Shown here: positions 33,434 through 42,174 of the stretch, in pieces
How the letters are laid out: each line of letters begins with the position of its first letter
Numbering within the stretch: position 1 is the stretch's first letter
Source: an uncultured Acidimicrobiaceae bacterium
GTDB taxonomy: Bacteria; Actinomycetota; Acidimicrobiia; Acidimicrobiales; RAAP-2
Direction: 5' to 3'
Assembly: GCA_963802735.1 (NCBI GenBank)
Contig: CAWDJY010000017.1
Span: forward strand, 94,521 to 158,520
Length of the DNA: 64,000 nt
Program-made: the position numbers and the translations under genes
The notes under the pieces: generated by a model
What the model was told of the DNA's origin: nothing
Databases searched by the model: none
The model's input: only the letters and a program-made list of their open reading frames with translations

Positions 33434-34867
33434 TCACGTCGGACCTCCGACACCAACATTCTCCGGTACCTTCAGTCCGACTTCCCAGAGCAGGACGTTT
33501 ATCCAAGGACTACCGGCCACTTTGACCTCCAAATGATCGGGAAACACCTTTACGCACTCCACGAGGTTCTCGACAAGGATGCGCCGTTCACGCTGGTCTG
33601 CCTCTGCCCACACCACTTCCATATCAAGATCGGCAAGAATGCGCGCGACCTCCTCGAAGCGGACCTCTAATTCGGTCTTCAGTCGCTCCGCGTCGTCATC
33701 TATTGCGATCTGTTGGCGAACCGCCTCTATCGCCACCGCGATCCGCGTTTCCTCCTGCTGAAAGCCATCTTGGCTGACCTTCTGCGCGTAGTAGAGGTCG
33801 AAGAGTTTTCGCCGTTCCTCGTTGAGTGCCTTCATCGTCTTCGCCGGTGCTGCCCGTCGGGTCCGGCGCGGCAGTCCCGCCGCGTCCGGTCCCCCACCGG
33901 CCAACCGCCGTCGGATTGCGCTGCGAAGGCTCTCATCGTGACCGACCAGGCGAAGTCCCTTGACCGCTGCCCGAGCCAGTCCCAGGTTGCTTCGTGACGG
34001 CTGATCGCAGCCCTGGCCCCGGTGACGACACTTGTAGGTGAGATTTCTTTTGCCATTTTGCGCCACGACCATCTTTCGATTGCACAGGCCGCAGACAACA
34101 CGACCCGAGAGCGGATCACTCGACCGACGGACGCCCTTCGCCGTGCCCCGGTGCGCGTTCTGCCACTCCTCCTCGCTCACGAGCGGCTCGTGTCTGCCGT
34201 CGTACCACTTATCTTTGCGCAAGACCTCGCCGCGATAGATGCGCGAATCCAAAATCGACTTGACGGTGGAGTACTTAAGGCCAGTCCGCTCTTCAATCAC
34301 GCGATACGACAGTCGCTCACCTCGGAGTCGGAAGCACTCGATCACGAGCGCGGCGTCGACGTTCGGCACGAGTAGTCCGTTGACGAGGTCGTAACCGGTC
34401 TTCGGACGATTGATCCAGCGGCCTTCCTTCACCGCCCGGTCGAGACCCATGCTGACGTTCTCCGAGAGCGCCTCGCGGTAGTACTCCGCCTGTCCGCCCA
34501 TCATCGAGAAGAACCACCGACCCGCCGGAGTTGACAGGTCGAGGTTCTCACAGACCGAGTGCAGCGTGACGTGGTGCTTGTCGAACTTGTCGCGCAGCTC
34601 CATCAAGTCACGGAGGTTTCGCGAGAGTCGGTCGAGCTTCCACACGATGACGTGCGTAACGTGGCCCGCTTCAACCGCCGCGAGCAACTGCTGTAGACCC
34701 GGGCGCAGCATGTTCTTGCCCGAGATACCGGGATCAGAGATGACGGTGATATCGCCCAAGTCGTGTAAGTCCGAATAGGCCCGGAGTTTGTCCGTCTGCC
34801 CCTCGATCGACCAGCCCTCCGCCGCTTGTTCCTCCGTCGAGACTCGACAGTACGCCAGGGTTAGCAC
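33434..34867 (-). CDS. Large serine recombinase
   Basis: Resolvase catalytic N-terminus (LAYCRVSTEEQ, VWKLDRLSRN), recombinase domain, zinc ribbon CGLCNRKM...YKCRHRGQGC, C-terminal coiled coil. Confidence 0.92.
   Translation of the reverse strand: MLTLAYCRVSTEEQAAEGWSIEGQTDKLRAYSDLHDLGDITVISDPGISGKNMLRPGLQQLLAAVEAGHVTHVIVWKLDRLSRNLRDLMELRDKFDKHHVTLHSVCENLDLSTPAGRWFFSMMGGQAEYYREALSENVSMGLDRAVKEGRWINRPKTGYDLVNGLLVPNVDAALVIECFRLRGERLSYRVIEERTGLKYSTVKSILDSRIYRGEVLRKDKWYDGRHEPLVSEEEWQNAHRGTAKGVRRSSDPLSGRVVCGLCNRKMVVAQNGKRNLTYKCRHRGQGCDQPSRSNLGLARAAVKGLRLVGHDESLRSAIRRRLAGGGPDAAGLPRRTRRAAPAKTMKALNEERRKLFDLYYAQKVSQDGFQQEETRIAVAIEAVRQQIAIDDDAERLKTELEVRFEEVARILADLDMEVVWAEADQRERRILVENLVECVKVFPDHLEVKVAGSPWINVLLWEVGLKVPENVGVGGPT
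33441..33466 (-). repeat. Inverted copy (S0) of the cassette-array repeat core inside the last 10 codons of the recombinase gene
   Basis: Minus strand reads ccGGAGAATGTtggtGTCGGaggtcc. CGGAGAATGT (10/10) plus GTCGG (5/5) sit at the same 4-nt spacing as in the array repeats. Confidence 0.6.
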
Positions 34868-34960
34868 GCAGACCTCCTTTCGGTCCTAGGTTTTTGTTCA
34901 CAATACGCAGCCCGATCGTCACGAGTACCGATGCCACCGCCTCGTAGTCGGGTGGCGGCA

Positions 34961-36015
34961 TCATAAGAGTTCCAAACTTCGACGCTTTTGCCAGATGCGA
35001 TGGTCCGTCGACACGTGCGTCTCCTTGGCGTAGCGCCCGAGGTAGTCCTTTAGGACTACGAGCAGTTCCGCCTCCGAGTGGCAGTCGCTCAGGGCACCAA
35101 AACGAGCCACGTAGCCAACAAAGGCCGGCATCATCTTCGCCAATTCACCGCGTTGCTTACCTCTATAGGTGCGCTCCAGTCCCATCGCGCCCTCACTGAT
35201 CCGCGCGTGTCGCACGTCCTCCCATTCCGGTGCGAGTGGCCACCTCGATCGCGTGTGGTCGCCCGTTGGCACGCGATAGGAGAGCCACGTCGTCAAGTAC
35301 GACCAGAGCGCGCCCGTCGCGTCGAGGACCTCGTCAGGATCATCCAGTCCGAACTCGCGTAGAGCGCCTCGCAGCACCTCGAACTCCAAGCGCAACACGT
35401 CGCGCGCCGGGTCGTAGGTGTCGTTCCACATCTCTTGCACGTACTGCGCACCAGAAGAGACGATCTCAATCGTCTTGTTGTAGAGGCGGGCGTCCACCGT
35501 GCCCGAGGAGCGCTTCCCGAATTTCAGTCCGTTGAGCGTGCCATTCGCTTCAAACGTACCGAGGTCCGACGCTCGACAGACGAAGTGGGAGCGATCGTCG
35601 CCCGACAGGTCCCAGCCCTGGAAATCCGCGAACAGATCGATGCGACTCACCGTCAACTTCACCAAGCCGCACTCGTCTTCAATGAGGTCGCGGAAGCCCT
35701 GGACGGCCGCGCGCACTCCGACGCCGTGCAAGAACTCCGCGCGGGGTTGGATGCGAAAGGCCGGGAGGTTCAGGCTCGGTGAGACCCCGATACGGCCAAA
35801 GGGGTGTGTGAGGCAGTATCGGTGTTTCCCCCAGGCGTGCGGTGCCATGAGCATTTCCAAGGCTCCAAATTGGAAGGGGGGCTGCCGTCAAGTTCTTGCG
35901 CGAGGCTGCGAGAGGTCTCGAGCCGTGCGAGGAGGGAGTCCGGTAGTGGCGCGCGCCCGGTGAGATAGATCGCGTCGACTCCGGAGGCCACTTCGTTCAA
36001 AATCGGTACTCTCAC
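34961..36015 (-). pseudogene. Rep_trans-type replication initiation protein, split by a frameshift at a C6 run
   Basis: C-terminal ORF has SRIDLFADF and ARLYNKTIEI motifs. The N-terminal 81-aa ORF (35770-36015) is in the +1-shifted frame. The G6/C6 run at 35876-35881 joins them if read as C7 or by -1 slippage. Confidence 0.7.
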
Positions 36016-36045
36016 GTTTGCGAGTATACCGGCGACCCTGTTACA

Positions 36046-36435
36046 TCACGTGTGCTTCTTCGGAGTACGTCCGACTTTGACCTGCGCTTCGACCCAGTAC
36101 GCCTTGGGGTCGATCGCGATGCCGGGCATCTGGTACACGTCCGGGTGTGAGCCGGTCATCTTGCGGAACCGGGCCACTTTGCGCCAGATCGTGGACTTGT
36201 GCATCCCAAACTCTTCGAGGCCCTCAAAGCCGCCGTAGAGATGCCACATGACCCAGAAGCCGATCATGTCCTCGACAATCTGCGTCCCTAGTGGGAGCGC
36301 AGCCGCCTCGATCTTCGCCTTGACGAAAGGAGGCACGCGTCGATCAACGGCCTTGACATAAGCGTTCCAGGCTTTTTTTGCGATGCCTTGACCTTCTGGC
36401 GTCTCCATCGGGTCGGAGCGGAAGTCTGAGTCCAT
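36046..36435 (-). CDS. HTH DNA-binding protein (excisionase/regulator-like)
   Basis: Start trimmed to ATG 36435. HKSTIWRKVARFRKMTG helix-turn-helix-like segment. Confidence 0.6.
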   Translation of the reverse strand: MDSDFRSDPMETPEGQGIAKKAWNAYVKAVDRRVPPFVKAKIEAAALPLGTQIVEDMIGFWVMWHLYGGFEGLEEFGMHKSTIWRKVARFRKMTGSHPDVYQMPGIAIDPKAYWVEAQVKVGRTPKKHT

Positions 36436-36483
36436 ACTCGCAGTATAGAGAGTATGTGTCACACTACATGCAATAGTTGATGT

Positions 36484-37440
36484 ATGTCCGAGATTGCACA
36501 TGAAGAGCCGGCGGTGCCTGACGACCCAATTTCGACGGCCATCATCAGTTTCGTAACTGGTGAGTGGATTAAGGGCGTTGTTCCGGGAACCGTTCCTCCA
36601 CTCTTTCACTACACGAACGCAGAAGGACTGAAAGGAATAGTTGAATCGAAGAGTCTTTGGGCATCGCACGTGGCGTTCATGAATGATCCGATGGAAATGA
36701 ATTATGCGGTTGCCCTTTGCAGAGAGATTTTATCGGAACACTTTCTTGGGCAAATGGAAGACGCAAGTCCTACGAAGATGGAAGTACTGCTATACGAATC
36801 GGTCACAAGGGCGCTTGATCGCATTGGTGACTTGCTGACAGGCTTCGTGTTCTGTTTTTGTGAGAAAGACGATCTTCTCAGCCAATGGCGAGGCTATGGA
36901 GACCTGTCCTCGGCCTTTTCGATTGGCATTGACCTCAATGAATTGGGAACACTGACTTTGGCTCGCGGCGACATTAGGAAGGTCGTCTACGAGTTGGAGC
37001 AGCAGAGGGAGATGATCCTTCGGTACATGACCGATTGGCTCCTAGTTCTTCAGAATCTGCTTGACCAAGATGCACTGGACTTCGCACAGCTTCAACTTCT
37101 AAGGGTTGGATTCATCATGGGATTTGCGCCGATTGCACTCTCAATCAAGGCGCCTGCCTTCCAAGAGGAATGCGAATGGAGACTTATCACTATTCGGATG
37201 CACACGTCTCAAGGGGACTCACGAGAGGACTATCCCACTCGTATACGAAATGGACTTATCGTTCCTTATCTGGTAATCAGTGAGCCGACGTCGCCTGATG
37301 CATCGCCCCGACTTCCAATTACGTCCGTGCGAGTTGGCCCCTCTTCAGATGTGACCGTGGCCCTAAGAGGAGTCAAGAACCTCCTCCGGTTTAACAAAAT
37401 TTTGGTCGATCCGGTACCGTCGGCGTTCCAACTTCGCTAG
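36484..37440 (+). CDS. DUF2971-family protein
   Basis: LFHYTNAEGLKGIVESKSLWASHVAFMNDPMEMNY matches the DUF2971 N-terminal signature as I recall it. Confidence 0.7.
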   Translation: MSEIAHEEPAVPDDPISTAIISFVTGEWIKGVVPGTVPPLFHYTNAEGLKGIVESKSLWASHVAFMNDPMEMNYAVALCREILSEHFLGQMEDASPTKMEVLLYESVTRALDRIGDLLTGFVFCFCEKDDLLSQWRGYGDLSSAFSIGIDLNELGTLTLARGDIRKVVYELEQQREMILRYMTDWLLVLQNLLDQDALDFAQLQLLRVGFIMGFAPIALSIKAPAFQEECEWRLITIRMHTSQGDSREDYPTRIRNGLIVPYLVISEPTSPDASPRLPITSVRVGPSSDVTVALRGVKNLLRFNKILVDPVPSAFQLR

Positions 37441-37576
37441 GCCATCGCGAAACTACGGCGGTCAATCCTTTGGAATTTTGCAATGCAGTTTGCGGGTGCT
37501 GTGATACAGGGATCGCACCCGACTATGCCTGGAGAGCCCTGACGCGCATCGCTGTTCTAATCTGCGTATCACTTCT

Positions 37577-38059
37577 CTAGTTACCGCTGTCTGAGACATC
37601 GCGAAAGTGCACGTTCGTGTGCGCTCTGAGGATTGCCCGGAGTTCGGCCTCTTGGCCAACAAAGAACCGCTTCAAAATAATTGTGGCGGGCCGATGAGAA
37701 GTCTTTTGCAATGCGTAGTGTTCACTTCTTTCTTTCGTTCCCTTGTAGTTCGCCCATTCCTCTTTACGAGTCATTGATTTGCTTACAACAGAGACTCCAA
37801 CGTCATTCAAAGTGATCGCCCGCTCTTCCGAGAAGTCGCGCCTTAACCTCCAGAGAGCAAAAGGACTAACGATCAGTACGAATATGGCGTACACAACAAT
37901 TCCCACGACCAGATCCCAAACTAAGTATCCAAAGATCCATCCGTAAACGAGCAGTCCCGCGATAAGTACCAATTCGTGCCAACCCACGCGATATTCGCGC
38001 CGCTGAACACGCCTGAATTCCCGTGGTGTCCACTTTCCGGATGCGCTCACGGATTCCAC
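37577..38059 (-). CDS. Membrane protein, YcxB-like
   Basis: Two adjacent TM helices followed by a soluble ~90-aa domain. Family assignment is tentative. Confidence 0.5.
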   Translation of the reverse strand: MESVSASGKWTPREFRRVQRREYRVGWHELVLIAGLLVYGWIFGYLVWDLVVGIVVYAIFVLIVSPFALWRLRRDFSEERAITLNDVGVSVVSKSMTRKEEWANYKGTKERSEHYALQKTSHRPATIILKRFFVGQEAELRAILRAHTNVHFRDVSDSGN

Positions 38060-38107
38060 TTTCTGACCTTAGAATCTATGAGGCGTCGAAGCCATTACTT
38101 CATCCCC

Positions 38108-38135
38108 AGAGTCGGAGAATCATTCAATTCTGACC
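38108..38135 (+). repeat. Array repeat R1' (degenerate)
   Basis: agagtcggagaatcattcaattctgacc. Good left arm, diverged right arm. Confidence 0.45.
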
Positions 38136-38145
38136 ACTTGGTACA

Positions 38146-38175
38146 CCGCCACTCGGAGAATGTGCGGGTCGGTCC
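38146..38175 (+). repeat. Array repeat R1
   Basis: ccgccactcggagaatgtgcgggtcggtcc. Confidence 0.85.
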
Positions 38176-38471
38176 TGGAAACCTTTCTGTTTTCGAGACA
38201 GATGAACGGCTAGTTATCGGGTATCAACGGCAGCAAAAGCGGATACGGCAAAGGCACACACTGGGAGCCGCAACTTCACGACGAACTCCTCGAACGGGCT
38301 GGTACACCATAGTGTCCGCTCGACGACACCATCTTCATTCGCTTGAGAGAAACGTCACACCTGAAAGGAGGGCCAATGAAGGCTTGCACACCTGTTGCGT
38401 CAAGTGGGTCAAATAAAGGCGTGAAGTGAAAATCCAATCCGGATGCGACAATATCTTTGTGAAGGAGTCTC

Positions 38472-39389
38472 ATGACAGAGAAAATTCGCAGCAAGACTCT
38501 TAGAAGCCTGGCAATTGTCTTCGCGTTGACGATCTCAATGTTCTCGGCGCCTCCCGTAGTGTCTGGCGCCGGGACCGTGGTGTCTCCGGGAACATCGGTT
38601 GCGCGAGAACTTCTGAATCTGGCCATACTTCCCCCGAATGCAACACTCGTGCATCCCGCCAGAGCCGTGGTCTGTCAGTGTGCTGGTACCTTCGACACGA
38701 AGTATCTCGTCACGATGCATCGTTTCTACCTGGTTCTGGGTTCGCCAGCTTCTGTTGAAGAATTCATTGCGACCCATGTTCCAATGGGTGGCGTTGATGG
38801 CGGAGAAGCCCAGGGCGGTTCTGTCCTTGAAAACACAACCGAGTTTCCCGCGAACGGGCCGCATATTTACCTGCGCCAACTTGCTTACTCAATTACAGCG
38901 AGGAACGCATCTTCGTCGTGGTTACGGATCGACGGTCAAGTGACTTGGGTTCCTAGTCGCGCGTCGTCCCAAGTCGTCGCCGGAGCCATCTCTGCAACGG
39001 TCACCGGCTACAAGAGCGTGGGCCTCAGTGGCTCGACCGGAGCAACGAAGGTTCACGTTTCAGGAGGCAATCTCACCCATCTGATTCGATCTCTCAATTC
39101 ACTGCCTCTCGGTCCGCAATTCGGGTGCGTGGAAGAACTAACCGGCTTCGTTCTCCAAATAACTTTGAGAAACGGGGTCACGGTTGAGGTCTACAACAAT
39201 TTCTGTGGAGGGCCGTCCGACTTGGTGTCCTATCAAAAGGGCAGGATCCAAGGGACTCGCTACTTCCTATCGGACACCTCATGCGCACTGCTCAAAGATG
39301 TTGTGTCTCTCTTCGGCGGTGCAACGATAAAGGGAACAAGAGAGGCGCTGCGCAGTTGTCAGGCATGGATAAAGCATCCTGTCGCATAG
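38472..39389 (+). CDS. Secreted hypothetical protein (cassette A)
   Basis: SD GAAGGAG, signal peptide ...FALTISMFSAPPVVSGAG. Confidence 0.7.
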   Translation: MTEKIRSKTLRSLAIVFALTISMFSAPPVVSGAGTVVSPGTSVARELLNLAILPPNATLVHPARAVVCQCAGTFDTKYLVTMHRFYLVLGSPASVEEFIATHVPMGGVDGGEAQGGSVLENTTEFPANGPHIYLRQLAYSITARNASSSWLRIDGQVTWVPSRASSQVVAGAISATVTGYKSVGLSGSTGATKVHVSGGNLTHLIRSLNSLPLGPQFGCVEELTGFVLQITLRNGVTVEVYNNFCGGPSDLVSYQKGRIQGTRYFLSDTSCALLKDVVSLFGGATIKGTREALRSCQAWIKHPVA

Positions 39390-39439
39390 CCTTCGGCACC
39401 CCGTCTTGACCGGTGACTAATTACGCCGCCAGGCTCTGA

Positions 39440-39470
39440 GACGCCAGTCGGAGAATGTGTAAGTCGGCCC
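39440..39470 (+). repeat. Array repeat R2
   Basis: gacgccagtcggagaatgtgtaagtcggccc. It abuts the stop codon (39471-39473) of the minus-strand ORF. Confidence 0.85.
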
Positions 39471-40145
39471 TCAGAAGATGTTTGTCAATACGCTCATTGT
39501 CCGTCGAATTTTGTCCGCCTGAATTGCAGCCACCAATACGGCGTTCTCCCAGTTCCAAACATCAGATCGAGAACTGACTTGAATTGAAAAGTGAACTTGT
39601 CCGACATGGCTGAAAATCATGAGGACTTGGTACTTGACGTTCCCGGATTCGATCGATTCCTCATGAGCGAATACTGTCTCAAGACCTTCAATTCGGAGGT
39701 CTGTTAGATCTTGCGAGTGTGGTATCGCAACTCCCCTTGTCGGGTCATGAACGATGGAATCACTGGCTCGTTCAACGTTATGAATCGCGAGCCTTGCGGT
39801 GGAGAATGGGGTTACTCGTACAACCACGTCGCTCAAAGGATCTTGGCGCAGGAATTCGCGCTGGCCAGTTATTCCTCCTATCCCTTCGGCTCCCATTGGA
39901 GAGCGCACACGATTCACCGGACGAAATCCAACTTCTTTGACAAGTTTGAAGCCTTTGAAACCTTGAAGTTCCAAATCAATTTCGTCGATGAGCATCGCGA
40001 TCGAATACTTCTTCTTCCGCATTGGACCAAGCGACCTCAGCCAAAGTCGAACAAGCCGACCAAAGTCGCGCATACGCATACTCGGCGAAGCACTCACTGC
40101 CATAACTAAGGAACCTACTTCGGTATTCTCAACGGCATCGCTCAT
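39471..40145 (-). CDS. Hypothetical protein (cassette B)
   Basis: 224-aa ORF filling the R2-R3 interval. No family recognised. Confidence 0.55.
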   Translation of the reverse strand: MSDAVENTEVGSLVMAVSASPSMRMRDFGRLVRLWLRSLGPMRKKKYSIAMLIDEIDLELQGFKGFKLVKEVGFRPVNRVRSPMGAEGIGGITGQREFLRQDPLSDVVVRVTPFSTARLAIHNVERASDSIVHDPTRGVAIPHSQDLTDLRIEGLETVFAHEESIESGNVKYQVLMIFSHVGQVHFSIQVSSRSDVWNWENAVLVAAIQADKIRRTMSVLTNIF

Positions 40146-40206
40146 ATTGCCTCACGCAACCTTTCCGAGGACGTCTTGGGTAAGGATGTCACAATCCCCA
40201 GGGACT

Positions 40207-40239
40207 GATCCTCCACTCGGAGATTGTGTAGGTCGGCCC
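40207..40239 (+). repeat. Array repeat R3
   Basis: gatcctccactcggagattgtgtaggtcggccc. Confidence 0.85.
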
Positions 40240-40297
40240 AACGAACACCGAACATTCATTGATACTTCCTGCGTTCGCGGGCTGGAAGGATGAGCTT

Positions 40298-41311
40298 ATG
40301 ACGAGGCCACCGATTCCGCAATGGAGTGTCGATACTGGTCAGGCTGAATCGTTACTGGAACAGCTCGATGACCTCATGGCCGGGACCGTGTCTTCAATCG
40401 TGCCCGCAGGATTCGAGGCCTACGCTCGAATTTTGCATCCCGTTGAAACGCCGTTGTATGGCGACAGGTTGGTGCGCTGGAGGGACGTCGCCCACTGGGG
40501 TGGTCAAATACTGACGCCTCATTCCCAATGGCTCGAAGTGGCAATGCCCGAACGCTTGCCCGAACTACCACGACCTTGGAGAAGTCAAGGCCCTCAATCA
40601 GGCTCTCTCCACTCTGGCGACGCTCAGGCTCTCGTCAAGATCGCTCGCCGATTCACTGAGACGCCCGAAGAGTGCTGGTGCTGCGTCTGGGAGGGTTTCG
40701 GCTGGTGGTCGAGAGTGACTTACTCTCCTGGCCAATTGGGGACGCGATCGACGGGTCCGATCCCGATCGAAGCGAAGGATTGGCCAAAGGTTCACACTCG
40801 CTATCGCGACTACTTGCTCTATAAAGCGTCGCTCGGCCCCTCCTTCATGGAAGCGATCGAGATACTTGAGGGGCACTCACCAAACCTGTGGTGGCCGTCA
40901 GATCTTGCGTGGTGCGTAGGCACGGAGATCGATCTTGATTCGACCTATGTGGGAGGTTCGAAACCCTTCATTGAGGCGATTCTCCAGAATGAAGATCTTG
41001 AGGCATTCCAAATTGGTTCGACGGATTCGACGAGATTCGAATGGCCCGAGTGGATGATTCGTATTGTTGAAAGCAGTGTCGACGATCTGCTTTCATCGGG
41101 GCAGGCAGTAGTTGAGACCTCGATTGGAAGGATTCGCTTTGAATTGGCAAGTCCAAGACGATTGCGCCGCGGACTATTTCGATACGAGGTCGAGCGCGAC
41201 GGTCACGGAGGCGGCTCTGGACAGTCACCACTTAGCAACGATTCAGGTGAGAACCTGCGTCGGCAACTTCAGTTCCTCGTCCAAGGTGGCCTTCGAAGTC
41301 TCGCGACCTGA
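40298..41311 (+). CDS. Hypothetical protein (cassette C)
   Basis: ATG preceded by GGAAGGA. 337 aa, Trp-rich. No family recognised. Confidence 0.65.
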   Translation: MTRPPIPQWSVDTGQAESLLEQLDDLMAGTVSSIVPAGFEAYARILHPVETPLYGDRLVRWRDVAHWGGQILTPHSQWLEVAMPERLPELPRPWRSQGPQSGSLHSGDAQALVKIARRFTETPEECWCCVWEGFGWWSRVTYSPGQLGTRSTGPIPIEAKDWPKVHTRYRDYLLYKASLGPSFMEAIEILEGHSPNLWWPSDLAWCVGTEIDLDSTYVGGSKPFIEAILQNEDLEAFQIGSTDSTRFEWPEWMIRIVESSVDDLLSSGQAVVETSIGRIRFELASPRRLRRGLFRYEVERDGHGGGSGQSPLSNDSGENLRRQLQFLVQGGLRSLAT

Positions 41312-41398
41312 GGCAGAACTAGACGCCCGTCATTGCTGTGACGCATCGCGCGGACCTATCGGTCGACCGACTAGCGACCTCGCTGAATTCCACTTGCG

Positions 41399-41431
41399 GA
41401 TCCTCCACTCGGAGATTGTTGACGTCGGCCC
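41399..41431 (+). repeat. Array repeat R4
   Basis: gatcctccactcggagattgttgacgtcggccc. Confidence 0.85.
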
Positions 41432-41509
41432 GTCGACACATCACCCGGCTAAATGCGACGTCGCCTCGAGAGTTACCATGACCGCAATCGAGAAATCGAA
41501 AGGACCGCC

Positions 41510-42100
41510 ATGCTTGCATCCAAGAAAGATCAGCAAATCTTGCGTCGATTCCTTGTCGCAGCAGCGATGTTGTTGGGCGTCATTGGACTCAATTTCACTG
41601 CTAGTTCACCGATGGCCTCCGCCTTAAGCAACGTGCCGACGTGCGCCGATAGCCAGTTGGCCGTGGCTGTCGTGTCGTCGAGTGGAGCCTATTTCGCTGC
41701 AGGGAATGTCGGTATCCCTTTTGTCATCATCAACATCAGCAAGACAACTTGTTCGCTTAAGGGTTACCCAAGGCTCACCACGTATCCCGCTGCGTACAAG
41801 TTCAACAGGGTGCGGGTCACCGACGGTGGCGGCATGATCTTCGTTCAGGTGCGACCAAAAGTCGTGACCATCGGCGCCGGGGCTACCGCCTCGTTTGGAC
41901 TCAACTATGGAGATGCCTACGACCAGCAAGATCCGAATTCTGGACCGTGCATGACAAAGAAAATGCAGGTCTTCTTGCCAACCCGATCACATCCTTTCGC
42001 TCAGTCCTACTCAGCAACGGTAGATGTCAATTTTTGTTACGCGGGTTTCAAGTTCGAAATCACTTCAATCCAAAGCGGGCCTATCGCCAGACTGGGCTAG
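41510..42100 (+). CDS. Secreted DUF4232-like protein (cassette D)
   Basis: Signal peptide, then C..QL.V...G.AG......V.N.S...C.L.GYP pattern (TCADSQLAV...NISKTTCSLKGYPRL). Confidence 0.7.
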   Translation: MLASKKDQQILRRFLVAAAMLLGVIGLNFTASSPMASALSNVPTCADSQLAVAVVSSSGAYFAAGNVGIPFVIINISKTTCSLKGYPRLTTYPAAYKFNRVRVTDGGGMIFVQVRPKVVTIGAGATASFGLNYGDAYDQQDPNSGPCMTKKMQVFLPTRSHPFAQSYSATVDVNFCYAGFKFEITSIQSGPIARLG

Positions 42101-42115
42101 GTGATCGAGTCCGCA

Positions 42116-42147
42116 AGTCTCCAGTCAGAGATTGTTGACTTCGGTCC
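42116..42147 (+). repeat. Array repeat R5
   Basis: agtctccagtcagagattgttgacttcggtcc. Confidence 0.8.
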
Positions 42148-42174
42148 ACCAATGCGATCTCGAATTTCAGCCGG

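Larger units (their letters stand above)
33434..36435 (-). mobile_element. Integration/replication module (serine recombinase + Rep_trans initiator + HTH), no transfer genes seen
   Basis: Three co-oriented genes typical of small integrative or replicative elements, directly downstream of crcB. Confidence 0.55.

Noticed and set aside
35072-35081. Inverted 10-mer CCACTCGGAG (left arm of R1/R3/R4/R11) inside the rep gene
   Set aside because: Only the 10-mer matches and the downstream part does not align. The expected chance occurrence of one of the left-arm variants in 128 kb is of order 0.1-0.5.
37622-37652. Weak resemblance (ctgaggattgcccggagttcggcctct) to the array repeat inside the YcxB-like gene
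   Set aside because: Only about 9/21 positions match when anchored on TCGGCC. It lies within coding sequence.
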